NCBI GenBank assembly: GCA_041912475.1
Contig: JAYRMX010000006.1
Span: 1-54,477 of the forward strand
DNA from: Myxococcota bacterium
Lineage (GTDB): Bacteria > Myxococcota_A > UBA9160
DNA length: 54,477 nt
Reading direction: 5' to 3'
The notes under the pieces were generated by a model, which did not search any database, was not told the origin of the DNA, and worked only from the letters and a program-made list of their open reading frames with translations. This document shows positions 8,342-19,086 of this stretch, one piece after another. The position numbers and the translations under genes were made by a program. Positions within the stretch are counted from its first letter, which is position 1. Each line of letters starts with the position of its first letter.

Positions 8342-10213
8342 ATGCGCATGGGGCGCGGCGCCGCTGCTCGCCGGGGCGACCGGTGCCTGGCCTTCATCCT
8401 CGTCGCGCTCGCCCTCGCCCCGGCGGCCGCCGGGGGGCAGACCGGCGAGCCGCCCGCCGTCGGCGCGGCGGCACGCGTCGCCGACCCGGCGCCGAACCCG
8501 TGGGCCGCTTCGGATGCCGGCGGCGAGCTGCTCGAGCGAGCCGCGCGCGCCCGCCTCGCGGCGCTGCAGGCGGGCCTTTCCGGGTTCGATCCTCTCGCCC
8601 GCGCGCTGCTCCGGGAGACCGCCGCCGGGGACGCCGGGGCGCGCGCCCGCGCCGCGGTCGCCGCGGCCCCGCAGCTCCCGCTCGCGCAGGCCGCTCTCTC
8701 GCGCGCGCTGCTGGGGGAGCGGGACTTCGCCGGAGCGGCCGTCGCGGCCGGCCGTGCCCTGCGCGGGCTCGTCGCGCATCCCGAGGCACGGACCTGGCTC
8801 GAAGCGAGCGCTCTGCTCGCGGCGCGCAACGCGCTGTTCTTCGGCGCGCTCGCGTTTCTCGCCGGCCTCGCGCTGCGCCATTCGCGCGCAGCGGCGCACG
8901 ATCTCGGAGACCGAATCTCGCGCGCGCTGCCCCTCTTCGCACGGGCCGGAATCCTCGGCGCTCTCGTCCTGCTGCCCGCGATCTTCGGCCAGGGCCTTGC
9001 GGGGACCGCGCTCGCGCTGCTCGCCGTCGCCCTCGCGTACGGCGGCGCAGCGGAGCGACGCGCCGCGTGGGTCGCCGCGCTCCTGCTCGTGCTCGCGCTC
9101 CAGATCGGCTCGCGCACGGCGGCGCACGCGCTCGCGGCTCTCGATCCAGACGCCGTCGCTGCGGCCTACGCTCGCGTCGAGCGAGGGCTTCCGTCCGCTG
9201 CAGATCGCGAGCGGCTCGCGCGCGCGGCGCCGACCGACTCGCTCGCGGCCCGCGGCCTCGCGCTCGATGCGCGCCGCGCGGGACGGCTCGCCGAAGCCGC
9301 GCAGCGCTACGAAGAGATCCTCGCGACGGGCGGCGCCGATGCGACGCTCGTCACCAACGCGGGCAACGTGTGGATCGCGCTCGGCGACGTCGACCGCGCC
9401 GTCGCGCTCCACGAGATCGCGGTGCAGATGTCTCCCGAGCCCGCCGCGCTCTACGACCTCTCGTACGCGTACGGCCAGGCGATCCGGCCGCACGCGCAGG
9501 ACGACGCCTTGCGCCGCCTGCAGCGCGAAGACCCGGCGTTCGCCTTCGACCTCGCGCGCGTGCAGGAAGAGCTCGCGGGCGGCTTCACGCTCGATCTGCC
9601 GTTTCCGCCGTCTCTGTTGCAGGCCCGCGCCGCGCAGCTCGGCGTGTCGGACGCCGTTGCGGCCGATCTCGTGCGGCCGCTCGCGCCGGGCGATCTCGGT
9701 GCGAGCGCGGCCGCGACGTCGGCGGCGCTGCTCGCGATCGCGGCCGCCACACGCGCGGGCGCGGGTCGCCTGCGGCGCTCGGCTGCGTGCCGGAGCTGCG
9801 GCAGGCGGCTGTGCCCGCGCTGTGACGGCGCCGCCCCCGCGCGCGACCTGTGCGTCGCGTGCGACCGCCTGTTCGAGCGGCCCGAGACGGCGGACCCCGA
9901 GCGGCGCGCGCGCCGGCTCGGCGAGCTCGCGCGCCGCTCCGAGCTCCTCGCGCGCGCACGCCTCGCGGCGTCTCTCGCCCTGCCCGGCGCGGCCGGGCTG
10001 CTCGCCGGCAGGCCGGGCCTCGGCCTGCTGGGGGCGATCGCGGGCGCGGCGGTCCTCGCCTTCGGCCCCGGCCTCGCGGCCGGCCCGGCCGACCCCCTCG
10101 CGGCCGGCGGTGCGGGAGCTCTCGCATTCGCGGCCGCGCAGGCCGCCTGCGTCGTCGCGTACGCCGGAACCGTCGCCGCCGGCCTCCGGTCCGCCCGCGA
10201 GGCCGCGTCGTGA
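8342..10213 (+). CDS. TPR-containing multi-pass membrane protein with Cys-rich zinc-finger-like segment
   Basis: Signal-like N-terminus, several hydrophobic helices, TPR-like NAGNVW...GDVDRAVALH, CxxC...CxxC...CxxC, then ASLALPGAAGL. Confidence 0.7.
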   Translation: MRMGRGAAARRGDRCLAFILVALALAPAAAGGQTGEPPAVGAAARVADPAPNPWAASDAGGELLERAARARLAALQAGLSGFDPLARALLRETAAGDAGARARAAVAAAPQLPLAQAALSRALLGERDFAGAAVAAGRALRGLVAHPEARTWLEASALLAARNALFFGALAFLAGLALRHSRAAAHDLGDRISRALPLFARAGILGALVLLPAIFGQGLAGTALALLAVALAYGGAAERRAAWVAALLLVLALQIGSRTAAHALAALDPDAVAAAYARVERGLPSAADRERLARAAPTDSLAARGLALDARRAGRLAEAAQRYEEILATGGADATLVTNAGNVWIALGDVDRAVALHEIAVQMSPEPAALYDLSYAYGQAIRPHAQDDALRRLQREDPAFAFDLARVQEELAGGFTLDLPFPPSLLQARAAQLGVSDAVAADLVRPLAPGDLGASAAATSAALLAIAAATRAGAGRLRRSAACRSCGRRLCPRCDGAAPARDLCVACDRLFERPETADPERRARRLGELARRSELLARARLAASLALPGAAGLLAGRPGLGLLGAIAGAAVLAFGPGLAAGPADPLAAGGAGALAFAAAQAACVVAYAGTVAAGLRSAREAAS

Positions 10214-11313
10214 GCGTCGCGCTTCGCGGCAACCTCGCGGACTTCGGCATCGGCGAGGTCTTCCAGCTCATCGGCCAGCAGCGCAAGACGGGCGTGCTCG
10301 AGATCGGCAGCGAGGCGGGCCGGATCCAGATCTGCTTCGACGCCGGAAGCGTGGTGTCGGCGGCGCCCGTCGCGGACCAGCCCGAGGGCGCGCTCGGCGA
10401 GCTGCTGGTGCGGCGAGGCGTCCTGCCGCCCGAGGCGCTCGCGACCGCGCTCGCGGAGTGCAGCGCGACGCTCGAGCGGCTCGGGCAGCGACTCGTCGCG
10501 CGCGCCCTCGTGTCGAAGCAGGAGGTCGACGCCGCGGAGGAGCTCCTCACGCGCGAGACCATCTTCGACCTGCTGCGCCAGAGCCAGGGATCGTTCCACT
10601 TCACGGCGCGTCCCGTCGCCCACGACCGCGACCCTGCGGCGCTGCTCGGCGCCGAGCAGATCCTGATGGACGGCCTGCGCATGGTCGACGAGTGGCGAAC
10701 ACTCGCCCGCGGGCTCCCGGCCGAGGACGCGGTGCTCCGGCGTCGCCGAAACTTCGATGTGTATGCCGACGCGGCGACCGGAGAGGCGCAGCGCCGCCTC
10801 GTGACGGCCGAGCGCGTCTACCTGCTCATCGACGGCCGGCTCACGCTCCGGCGCGTCATCGACCTCTCGCACCTCGGGACCTTCGAGGCCTCGCGCATCG
10901 TCGCGGATCTGCTCGCGGCAGGCGTCGTCCAGCCGGTTCGTCGCAAGGAGCCTGCGCCGAAGGCGGCGCGCGACGAAGGCGACCTGCCGCGCCGCTCCGT
11001 GTTCGCCGGCGTGCTCGTGCTCGCGGCCCTCGCGGCCGTGGCGCTCGCCGTGCATCTGCGCGGCGCACCGGCCGGCGCGCGCGCGCTGGTCGCCGGCGAC
11101 GCGCTCGCCGGGGCGCGCGGCGCCTTCGAGGCGCGGCGCCTGCGCGGCGCGCTCGACGCGTACCGCGCCGCGACGGGATCGTGGCCCGAACGGCTCGATG
11201 CGCTCTCGGGCGCAGACGGGCTCGTCCCCGAAGCGTTGACGTCCGCGATGGCCGCCCCGTACTATTACCGGCAGAGCGCGGACGGAGTCGTGCTGCTCTC
11301 GCCCGAGCGCTGA
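10210..11313 (+). CDS. DUF4388 (PATAN-like) domain protein with TM helix and pilin/GspG-like C-terminus
   Basis: ALRGNLADFGIGEVFQLIGQQRKTGVL, LGELLVRRG, ILMDGLRMVDEW; C-terminal ALDAYRAATGSWPERL. Confidence 0.8.
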   Translation: MSVALRGNLADFGIGEVFQLIGQQRKTGVLEIGSEAGRIQICFDAGSVVSAAPVADQPEGALGELLVRRGVLPPEALATALAECSATLERLGQRLVARALVSKQEVDAAEELLTRETIFDLLRQSQGSFHFTARPVAHDRDPAALLGAEQILMDGLRMVDEWRTLARGLPAEDAVLRRRRNFDVYADAATGEAQRRLVTAERVYLLIDGRLTLRRVIDLSHLGTFEASRIVADLLAAGVVQPVRRKEPAPKAARDEGDLPRRSVFAGVLVLAALAAVALAVHLRGAPAGARALVAGDALAGARGAFEARRLRGALDAYRAATGSWPERLDALSGADGLVPEALTSAMAAPYYYRQSADGVVLLSPER

Positions 11314-11377
11314 ACCCGCTGGTTTCGATCGCCTCATTCCGAGCGGCCCCGCGGCCGCCCTCCCGCGAGGGAAGACC

Positions 11378-12394
11378 CTGCCGAGCGACCAGGCCTCCAC
11401 GCGCCAGACGCTGATCTTCGACGACAACCAGACCGCCGCCGACCTCTACGGCGAGGGCGACCGCACGCTGCGAACGCTCGAGCAGGAGCTCGGCGTCTCG
11501 GCGCGCGCGCGCGGCAACGAGGTCCGGCTCATCGGGCCCGCGTCCGAGGTCGCGATCGCGCGAAAGGTGCTCGAGGAGTTCTACGCGCAGGCGCGCGCCG
11601 GCAACCCCGTGCAGCCGCGTGAGGTTCGCGATGCGGTGCGGACGCTGACGGCGGCGCCGAACACGGCGCTGGCCGACGTCTACGAAGACGTGCTCTCGGC
11701 CGTGGGTGCGCGGCGGCGAATCGCGGCGAAGAATCTCTCGCAGCGCCGCTACATCGACCAGATGCGGGCGTGCGACCTGGTCCTCGCCGTCGGGCCTGCG
11801 GGAACGGGGAAGACCTACCTCGCGATGGCGATGGCCGTCGCGGCGCTCAACCGTCACGAGGTGTCGCGCGTGATCCTGACGCGCCCGGCCGTCGAGGCCG
11901 GCGAGAAGCTCGGCTTCCTTCCGGGGTCGATGGCCGAGAAGGTGAACCCCTATCTGCGGCCGCTCTACGACGCGCTCCACGACATGATGGACTTCGAGAA
12001 GGCCGCGCGCCTCATCGAGCGCGGCACGATCGAGGTGGCGCCGCTCGCCTTCATGCGCGGCCGTACGCTGAACGACTCGTTCGTGATCCTCGACGAGGCA
12101 CAGAACACGACGAGCGAGCAGATGAAGATGTTCCTCACCCGCCTCGGCTTCAGCAGCAAGGCGGTCGTCACCGGCGACGTCACGCAGATCGACCTCCCGC
12201 CGGGCAAGACCAGCGGGCTGGTCGAGGCCCTGCGCGTCCTCGAAGGCGTCGAGGGCATCGGCTTCATGCGCTTCACCGAGGCGGACGTCGTCCGACACCC
12301 GCTCGTGTCGGAGATCCTTCGCGCGTACGACCGTGACACGGCTCGCCGCGAGGCCGACGGCGCCGCGCCCCCGCGCGATACCGAGCCGCAGTGA
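11378..12394 (+). CDS. phoH: PhoH-like ATPase (YbeZ), probable CTG start
   Basis: GPAGTGKTYLA, LTRPAVEAGEKLGFLPG, PLAFMRGRT, ILDEAQN. The conserved N-domain (LYGEGDRTLRTLEQELGV..RGN) lies upstream of the first GTG (11567); CTG 11378 follows GAGGGA. Confidence 0.92.
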   Translation: MPSDQASTRQTLIFDDNQTAADLYGEGDRTLRTLEQELGVSARARGNEVRLIGPASEVAIARKVLEEFYAQARAGNPVQPREVRDAVRTLTAAPNTALADVYEDVLSAVGARRRIAAKNLSQRRYIDQMRACDLVLAVGPAGTGKTYLAMAMAVAALNRHEVSRVILTRPAVEAGEKLGFLPGSMAEKVNPYLRPLYDALHDMMDFEKAARLIERGTIEVAPLAFMRGRTLNDSFVILDEAQNTTSEQMKMFLTRLGFSSKAVVTGDVTQIDLPPGKTSGLVEALRVLEGVEGIGFMRFTEADVVRHPLVSEILRAYDRDTARREADGAAPPRDTEPQ

Positions 12395-12834
12395 CGGTGC
12401 GCGTCGGCGGCGCGCGCCGGCCGCGCGGCGCCCCCCGGATCGACCGCGGGCTCCTGCGCCGCCGGGCCGCGCGCGTGCTGCGCGCGCTCGAGCACGGCGG
12501 ATCCGAGCTCTCGGTGACGCTCGCCGCAGACGCCGAGATCGCCGCGCTGAACGCCGCCTACCGAGGGAAGAGCCGCCCCACCGACGTGCTCTCGTTCTCG
12601 CTGCTCGAGGGCGAGTTCTCCGCGCTTCGCGGGCCCCTGCTCGGCGAGGTCGTGATCGGGGTCGACACCGCGGCGCGGCAGGCGCGCCGGGCGCGCCGCA
12701 GCCTCGACGACGAGGCGGCGCGCCTGCTGATCCACGGCGTCCTGCACCTGCTCGGCCACGATCACGTTCGCGCCGCGCAGGCGCAGCGGATGCGCGCCGA
12801 AGAGCGGCGCCTGTGGCGGGCGGCGTCGGCGTGA
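12391..12834 (+). CDS. ybeY: rRNA maturation endoribonuclease YbeY
   Basis: LNAAYRGKSRPTDVLSF and HGVLHLLGHDH zinc motif. Confidence 0.96.
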   Translation: MTVRVGGARRPRGAPRIDRGLLRRRAARVLRALEHGGSELSVTLAADAEIAALNAAYRGKSRPTDVLSFSLLEGEFSALRGPLLGEVVIGVDTAARQARRARRSLDDEAARLLIHGVLHLLGHDHVRAAQAQRMRAEERRLWRAASA

Positions 12835-14468
12835 CCCGCCGCAATCGTCTCGGCGTCGCGGCGTTCGCCGCCTGCTCGTTCCTCGCGTTTCCGCAGGTGA
12901 TCGCCGGCCACGAGTTCGATCTCGGCTGGGTCTTCGCGTGGCTCGCCCCCGCGTCGCTGGCGATCGCGCTCGGCGGCCTCGCGGCTCGGCGCGCCGCGTG
13001 GGCGGGATTCTGGGCGGGATGGCTCGCGCACGCGGCGATCCTGCACTGGATCTACGTCGTGACGGCGATCTACGGCCGTGCTCCCGCCGCGGTGGGCGTG
13101 CTCGCTCCGATCGGGCTCTCGCTCTACATGGCGGCCTTCACGACCGTGCAGGGGGCCGCGTGGGCGTGGCTCTCGCGGTGCGGCCGCGCGGGGCCCTTCG
13201 CGTTCGCCGCACTGTGGGCCGCCCTCGATCACGGCCGGCACTTCGTCGCGTCCGGCTTTCCGTGGGGCGTGATCGGCTACGCGCAGCACCAGAACCCGCT
13301 GCTGCTCGGCCTCGCGCCGTACACGGGCGTCGTGGGCCTCTCCTTCGTGACGGCGCTCGGCGGCGCGGGGCTCGCGCTGCTGCTTCCGGGCGCCGCCGCA
13401 GGAGGCCGCGTCTCCCGGCGTCGCAGCGCGCTCGCCGCGCTCGGCTGCGCGGCGCTCGCGATGGGCGCCGGAGCGCTCTCGAATGCGCGTGCCGAGCGGC
13501 CCGCGGGCGGATCGATTCGCGTGGGGCTGCTGCAGGGCAACATCGACCAGGGCGTGAAGTGGAGCCCCGCGTTCGCCGACGAGACGATGCGCGTGTACGA
13601 GGACCTCTCCCGCCGCGCCGTCGCGGAGGGCGCGCGGCTCGTGGTCTGGCCCGAGACGGCGGTGCCGGGCTCGGTCGAAACCGAGCCCGGATTCGGCCCG
13701 CGGCTCGCGCAGCTCGCGAAGGAGCTCGGGGTCGCGCTCGTGGTCGGCGCAGTCGGCGTCGAGCCGTGGCAGGACGACTATCGCTTCTTCGACAGCGCGT
13801 ACGTCTTCGACGGTTCGGGCGCGCGGCTCGATCGTTACGACAAGGCCCATCTCGTCCCCTTCGGCGAGTACCTCCCGGCGCGCGAGCTGCTCGGGCGCTA
13901 CATCCGCGCGGTGGCGACCGGGATCGCGCGCGACGACGTGACGGCCGGGCAGGGCCCGCGCGCGACCACGCTGCCTCTCGATCCGGACGCCGGCGGGCCG
14001 CCGGCTCCGCCCGGAGCCGTTTCGCGCGGCGAGGCCGAGCGCCCCGTCCCGGCGGGTGTCCCGATCTGCTACGAGCTGCTCTTCCCGGGCCTCGTCCGGG
14101 GCTTCGCCGTCGACGGCGCCGAGCTCCTCGTCGCGATCACGAACGACGCGTGGTACGGCCACAGCGGGGCGCCGTACCAGTTTCTCGCGATCACGGCGCT
14201 GCGATCGGCCGAGACGGGGCTGTGGACCGCGCGCGCCGCCAACACCGGGATCACGGCCTTCATCGACGATCTCGGGCGCGTGCACGAGCAGACGGGCGTC
14301 TTCGAGCGGACCCTGCTGGTGGGCGACGTCCCGCTGCGGGGCCCGAGGCAGGGGAGCACCTTCTACGTGCGGCACGGAGACGTCTTCGCCGGCGCCTGCT
14401 GGGCGTCTCTCGCGGTCTTTGCCATCTTGGGCGCACGCTGGCCGCGAGGGGAGAGGAAGTCCGGATGA
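12831..14468 (+). CDS. lnt: Apolipoprotein N-acyltransferase
   Basis: N-terminal TM helices, GFPW, LLQGNI, VWPETA, YDKAHLVPFGEY, ICYE, TNDAW, RAANTG. Confidence 0.95.
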   Translation: MTRRNRLGVAAFAACSFLAFPQVIAGHEFDLGWVFAWLAPASLAIALGGLAARRAAWAGFWAGWLAHAAILHWIYVVTAIYGRAPAAVGVLAPIGLSLYMAAFTTVQGAAWAWLSRCGRAGPFAFAALWAALDHGRHFVASGFPWGVIGYAQHQNPLLLGLAPYTGVVGLSFVTALGGAGLALLLPGAAAGGRVSRRRSALAALGCAALAMGAGALSNARAERPAGGSIRVGLLQGNIDQGVKWSPAFADETMRVYEDLSRRAVAEGARLVVWPETAVPGSVETEPGFGPRLAQLAKELGVALVVGAVGVEPWQDDYRFFDSAYVFDGSGARLDRYDKAHLVPFGEYLPARELLGRYIRAVATGIARDDVTAGQGPRATTLPLDPDAGGPPAPPGAVSRGEAERPVPAGVPICYELLFPGLVRGFAVDGAELLVAITNDAWYGHSGAPYQFLAITALRSAETGLWTARAANTGITAFIDDLGRVHEQTGVFERTLLVGDVPLRGPRQGSTFYVRHGDVFAGACWASLAVFAILGARWPRGERKSG

Positions 14469-15620
14469 CCCAGACCGTCGAAGACGCCACGGCCGCCGTG
14501 GAGGCGGGAGAGCTCGCCGAGCGGCTGCGCGACGTACGCGAGCGGAGCGACGAGCTGCGGAGGCGGCTTTGACGTCGCCGGCCTGAAGCAGCGCCTCGCC
14601 GCACTCGACGAGCAGGCGGCGCGCCCGGACCTGTGGAGCGACCGCGAGGCGGCCGAGAAGCTCCTGCGCGAGAAGCGCGGCGTCGAGCGCGAAGTCGCCT
14701 TCTTCGCGCGCGTCGAGCAAGGCCTCGAGGACGCCGAGGTGCTCCTCGAGCTCGCGCGCGAGGCCGGCGATGCGGCCACGCTCGTTGAGGCCGCAGGGCG
14801 GCTCGCGTCGGTCGAGCGCGACCTCGAGGACGCCGAGCTGCGCCGGCTGCTCGGCGGCGAGCACGACGCGAGCAACGCGATCGTCTCGATCAACGCCGGG
14901 GCGGGCGGGACCGACGCCTGCGACTGGGCCGAGATGCTGCTCCGCATGTACCTGCGCTGGGCCGAGGCGCACGGCATGCGCGTCGAGGTGCTCGACCTGC
15001 AGGAGGGCGACGAAGCCGGACTGCGCGGTGCGACGGTCACGGTCTCCGGCGACTACGCGTTCGGGTATCTCAAGACCGAGGAAGGCGTCCATCGCCTCGT
15101 CCGCATCTCGCCGTTCGATTCGCAGCACCGCCGGCACACGGCCTTCGCGAGCGTCTCGGTCGTTCCCGAGATCGACGACTCGATCGAGGTCGAGATCGAC
15201 GAATCCGAGCTCCGCGTCGATACCTACCGCGCCGGCGGCGCGGGCGGGCAGCACGTCAACAAGACCGACTCGGCGGTGCGTCTCACGCACCTTCCGACGG
15301 GAATCGTCGTGCAGTGCCAGAACGAGCGCTCGCAGCACAAGAACCGGGCGGCGGCCATGAAGGTGCTGCGCGCCCGGCTCTACGAGCGCGCGCGAGAGGA
15401 GCAGGAGGCGAAGCTCGCGGCGCTGCGCGGCGAGAAGCGCGACGTCAACTTCGGCAGCCAGATCCGCTCGTACACGCTCCACCCGAGCCAGCGCGTGAAG
15501 GACCACCGCACGGGCTGCGAGGCGGGCAACGCCGAGGGCGTCCTGCTCGGCGACATCGACCGGTTCATTCGTGCGACGCTGCTCTGGCGCGCCGACCCCA
15601 CGAGAAAGGAGAGCGCGTGA
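14465..15620 (+). CDS. prfB: Peptide chain release factor 2 (programmed +1 frameshift after codon 35)
   Basis: ORF1 14465-14569 ends CTT-TGA; the +1 frame from GAC 14571 gives [47 protein letters not shown]. Confidence 0.96.
14559..14573 (+). promoter_or_regulatory. prfB autoregulatory +1 frameshift site
   Basis: GGAGG-CGG-CTT-TGA-C: internal Shine-Dalgarno 3 nt before the canonical CTTTGAC slip site. Confidence 0.93.
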
Positions 15621-17098
15621 GCGAAGCCGAGCGCGAGGCCCGCCGCGCGCGGCTGGCCGCGCTGCGCGAGAGCGGCGTCGACCCGTACCCCGCGCGCGTC
15701 GAGCCCGTCGAACGGATCGCGTCGCTGCGCGAGCGGATCGGCGACGCGGATTCGGCGGCGCTCGACGCGAGCGGCGAGCGCGCCGCCGTCGCCGGCCGCG
15801 TGATGTCGATGCGGAGCTTCGGCAAGCTGCGCTTTTTCGATCTCGTCGAGGACGGCGTGAAGCTCCAGGCGAGCGCCCGCAGGGGAGAGGCCCCGGAGAG
15901 CGTCCTCGCTCTGCTCGATCAGGTCGACGTTGGCGATGCGGTGCGCGTCGAGGGGGCGCTCTGGCGCACGAAGACCGGCGAGCTGACGATCGCGGCGAGC
16001 CAGCTCACGATGCTCGCGAAGAGCCTTCGCCCGCTTCCCGAGAAGTGGCACGGCCTGCAGGACGTCGAGGCCCGCTTCCGGCAGCGCTACCTCGACCTGC
16101 TCGTGAACGAGGAGGCGCGGCGAGCGGCGCTGATCCGCAGCCGCACGGTTCGCGCGCTGCGCAGCTTTCTCGACGGCCGCGGCTTCCTCGAGGTCGAGAC
16201 GCCCGTGCTCCAGCCGATCTACGGCGGTGCGGCCGCGCGCCCCTTCGTGACGCACCTCAACGTCTTCGACCAGCGACTGTACCTGCGCATCTCGGACGAG
16301 CTCTACCTGAAGCGCCTCGTCGTCGGCGGCCTCGACCGCGTCTACGAGATCGGGCGCGACTTTCGCAACGAGGGCATCTCGCGAAAGCACAACCCCGAGT
16401 TCACGATGCTCGAGTGCTACCAGGCCTTCACCGACTACCGCGGAATGATGGAGCTGGTCGAAGCGATGTTCGAGGACGTCGCCCGCAGCGTTCTCGGGCG
16501 AACGAAGATCGAGGTGCAGGGCCGCGAGATCGAGCTCGGCGGGCCGTACCCGCGCATGACGATTCGCGACGCGCTGCTCGGCGCGTGCGGGGTCGACATC
16601 CTCGCGGCCGCCGATCTCGAGAGCCTGCGCGCCGCCGTCCGTACGGCCGGTCTCGATCCGGGCGACGCTCCCACGTGGGGCCGGCTCGTCGACGACCTGT
16701 TCAGCGAGAAGGTCGAGCCGACGCTCATCCAGCCGACGTTCGTGACCGACTACCCCGTCGAGCTCTCTCCGCTCGCGAAGCGCAAGACCTCGGACCCGCG
16801 TCTCGTCGAGCGCTTCGAGCTGTTCGTCGCGGGGATGGAGCTCGGCAACGCGTTCAGCGAGCTGAACGATCCCGACGACCAGCGCGCGCGTTTCGTCGAG
16901 CAGGGCCGGGCCGCGGACGAAGGCGACGAGGAGGCGCATCCGATGGACGAGGATTACCTGCGGGCGCTCGAGCACGGCCTTCCGCCGACGGGCGGCCTCG
17001 GCGTCGGCGTGGGGCGGCTCGTCATGCTGCTCGCCGACGCGCCGACGCTTCGCGAGGTCGAGCTGTTCCCGCACCTTCGCCCGGAGCCGCCGGCGTGA
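15617..17098 (+). CDS. lysS: Lysine--tRNA ligase (class II)
   Basis: [58 protein letters not shown]. Confidence 0.97.
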   Translation: MSEAEREARRARLAALRESGVDPYPARVEPVERIASLRERIGDADSAALDASGERAAVAGRVMSMRSFGKLRFFDLVEDGVKLQASARRGEAPESVLALLDQVDVGDAVRVEGALWRTKTGELTIAASQLTMLAKSLRPLPEKWHGLQDVEARFRQRYLDLLVNEEARRAALIRSRTVRALRSFLDGRGFLEVETPVLQPIYGGAAARPFVTHLNVFDQRLYLRISDELYLKRLVVGGLDRVYEIGRDFRNEGISRKHNPEFTMLECYQAFTDYRGMMELVEAMFEDVARSVLGRTKIEVQGREIELGGPYPRMTIRDALLGACGVDILAAADLESLRAAVRTAGLDPGDAPTWGRLVDDLFSEKVEPTLIQPTFVTDYPVELSPLAKRKTSDPRLVERFELFVAGMELGNAFSELNDPDDQRARFVEQGRAADEGDEEAHPMDEDYLRALEHGLPPTGGLGVGVGRLVMLLADAPTLREVELFPHLRPEPPA

Positions 17099-19086
17099 TC
17101 CCGTTCTGGGACGTCCTGTCGGCCGCGGGGGGAACGCTCGCGCTCACGTTCATCGTCGCGCTCGCGCTCGGCATCAACGCGCTGACGCTCCTGTTCCTCG
17201 GGTCGTCGGTCGTCGTGCTCGAGCGCTTCGCGCGGGCCGTTCGCAGGCGCCGGAGCGTCGCGCTCGCGGGCGCGTGCGCCGCGCCGCTCGCCGGCGCGCT
17301 CGCCGCGGAGCTGCTCGGAACCGAGGGCGTCGCCGACGGCCTCTCGCCGGCTGCGCTCTGGCTTCGGGCGACCGCGGTCGCCGCGGTCGTGCTCGCCGTT
17401 CTCCTGCCCGCGATGCGGGCGCTGCTGCGCCGCCTCGCCCCCGAACGGCTCGGCAGCGCGAGCCTCGCGGTCCTCGGGCTCGGCTACGCCGTGCTCGTGG
17501 GCGGCACCGACCAGCTCGCGTTCGCGGCGGCCCCGCTCGCCGTCGCCGTGGCCGCCGCCGCGGCGCTCGCGTGGCGGCGCCGGCGAGCGCCGGCCGTTCG
17601 TGCGCCCGGCGAGGCCGAGCGCCTGCTGCGCGTCCTCGTGCTCGCGCTCGCGCCGGGATCTGCGCTCGCCTGGCTCCTCCCGGTGCCGCAGCCCGGTGTC
17701 GCCGCTGCCGGCGGGATCATTCTCGCGGCGTTCGCCGCGGCCGTCCTGCTCGGCCTGCTGCCCCTCGCCGCCGCGGGCCTCGCCGACCTCCGCGCGGGCG
17801 CCGAGTGGTTCATCGCGGCGCGCTACCTCGTCGCGAGGCGGCGGCAGACCTTCATCTCGATCATCACGCTCATCTGCGTCGGCGGGGTGGCGGTCGGCGT
17901 GTGGCTCATCATCACGGTGCTCTCGGTCATGAACGGGTTCGAGCGCACGTGGCGCGACGAAATCATCGGGAACCGCGCGCACTTCACGGTTCACAACGGG
18001 GTGGGCCCGATCGCCGACTACGCGCGCGTGCTCGACGTGGTGTCGAAGACGCCGGACGTGAAGGGGGCGACGCCGTACGTCGACACCGAGGGCATGGTGC
18101 GCGGGCCGGGAGGGCGGATCGTCGCCGTCCGCCTGCGAGGCATCGACCCCGCGACGGTGGGCGGCGTGACGAGGCTTCCGAAGGACATCGTCGAGGGCTC
18201 GCTCGACGACCTCGCTCCGCGGCCGATCGAGCGCGAGGCGAAGGCGGGCGACGACGAGCCGCAGGCGCTGCCGGGAATCCTCATCGGTCACGAGCTCGCG
18301 TCGTCGTACGGCCTCGCCGTCGGCGATCCGCTGCTGCTGGTCTCGCCGTTCGGCGGGCCGCCGACTCCCCTCGGCCCCGGCCCCCGGCTCGCGCGCTTCC
18401 GCGTCGCCGGCATCTTCCACTCGAGCTTCTACCAGTGGGACGAGGCCTTCACGTACACGAGCCTCGCCGCCGCGCAGGATTTCAAGCGCGCCGGCGACGT
18501 CGCCGACGGCATCGAGGTCCGCGTCGGCGACTTCTACCGCTCGCAGCGCGTCGCGAGCGCGGTCGCCGCCGCGCTCGGCTTTCCGTACTACACGCGCGAC
18601 TGGAAGGAGTACTTCCCCTCCTTCTTCCAGGCGCTCAAGACCGAGCGCGTGATGATGTTCGTGCTGCTCACGATGGTGATGGTCGTCGCCGCCTTCGTGA
18701 TCGTCGCGACGCTCATCATGATGATCATGGAGAAGTCGAGCGACATCGCGATCCTGAAGGCGATGGGAGCGCACGATGCGGCGATCGAGCGGATCTTCGC
18801 GATCGAGGGGACGCTGATCGGGGTGGTCGGGACTGCGGCGGGAGTCGCGATGGGCATCGTCGTGACGACGCAGCTCGCATGGATCCAGCAGCAGATCGAG
18901 GCGATCACCGGGATCGACACGCTGCCGGCGAGCGTCTATCAGTTCTCGTCGCTCCCGTGGCGAATCGATCCGGTGCAGATCGTGATCGTCGCCGGCATCG
19001 CGATGGTGCTCTCGCTCGGTGCGACGCTGCTTCCGAGCCGGCAGGGTGCGCGGCTCGATCCCGCGGAAGGCCTCCGGTATGAGTGA
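17095..19086 (+). CDS. lolE: LolC/E-type lipoprotein-releasing permease with ~236-aa hydrophobic N-terminal extension
   Basis: Core from 17803: [46 protein letters not shown]; lies between lysS and lolD. Confidence 0.88.
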   Translation: MIPFWDVLSAAGGTLALTFIVALALGINALTLLFLGSSVVVLERFARAVRRRRSVALAGACAAPLAGALAAELLGTEGVADGLSPAALWLRATAVAAVVLAVLLPAMRALLRRLAPERLGSASLAVLGLGYAVLVGGTDQLAFAAAPLAVAVAAAAALAWRRRRAPAVRAPGEAERLLRVLVLALAPGSALAWLLPVPQPGVAAAGGIILAAFAAAVLLGLLPLAAAGLADLRAGAEWFIAARYLVARRRQTFISIITLICVGGVAVGVWLIITVLSVMNGFERTWRDEIIGNRAHFTVHNGVGPIADYARVLDVVSKTPDVKGATPYVDTEGMVRGPGGRIVAVRLRGIDPATVGGVTRLPKDIVEGSLDDLAPRPIEREAKAGDDEPQALPGILIGHELASSYGLAVGDPLLLVSPFGGPPTPLGPGPRLARFRVAGIFHSSFYQWDEAFTYTSLAAAQDFKRAGDVADGIEVRVGDFYRSQRVASAVAAALGFPYYTRDWKEYFPSFFQALKTERVMMFVLLTMVMVVAAFVIVATLIMMIMEKSSDIAILKAMGAHDAAIERIFAIEGTLIGVVGTAAGVAMGIVVTTQLAWIQQQIEAITGIDTLPASVYQFSSLPWRIDPVQIVIVAGIAMVLSLGATLLPSRQGARLDPAEGLRYE

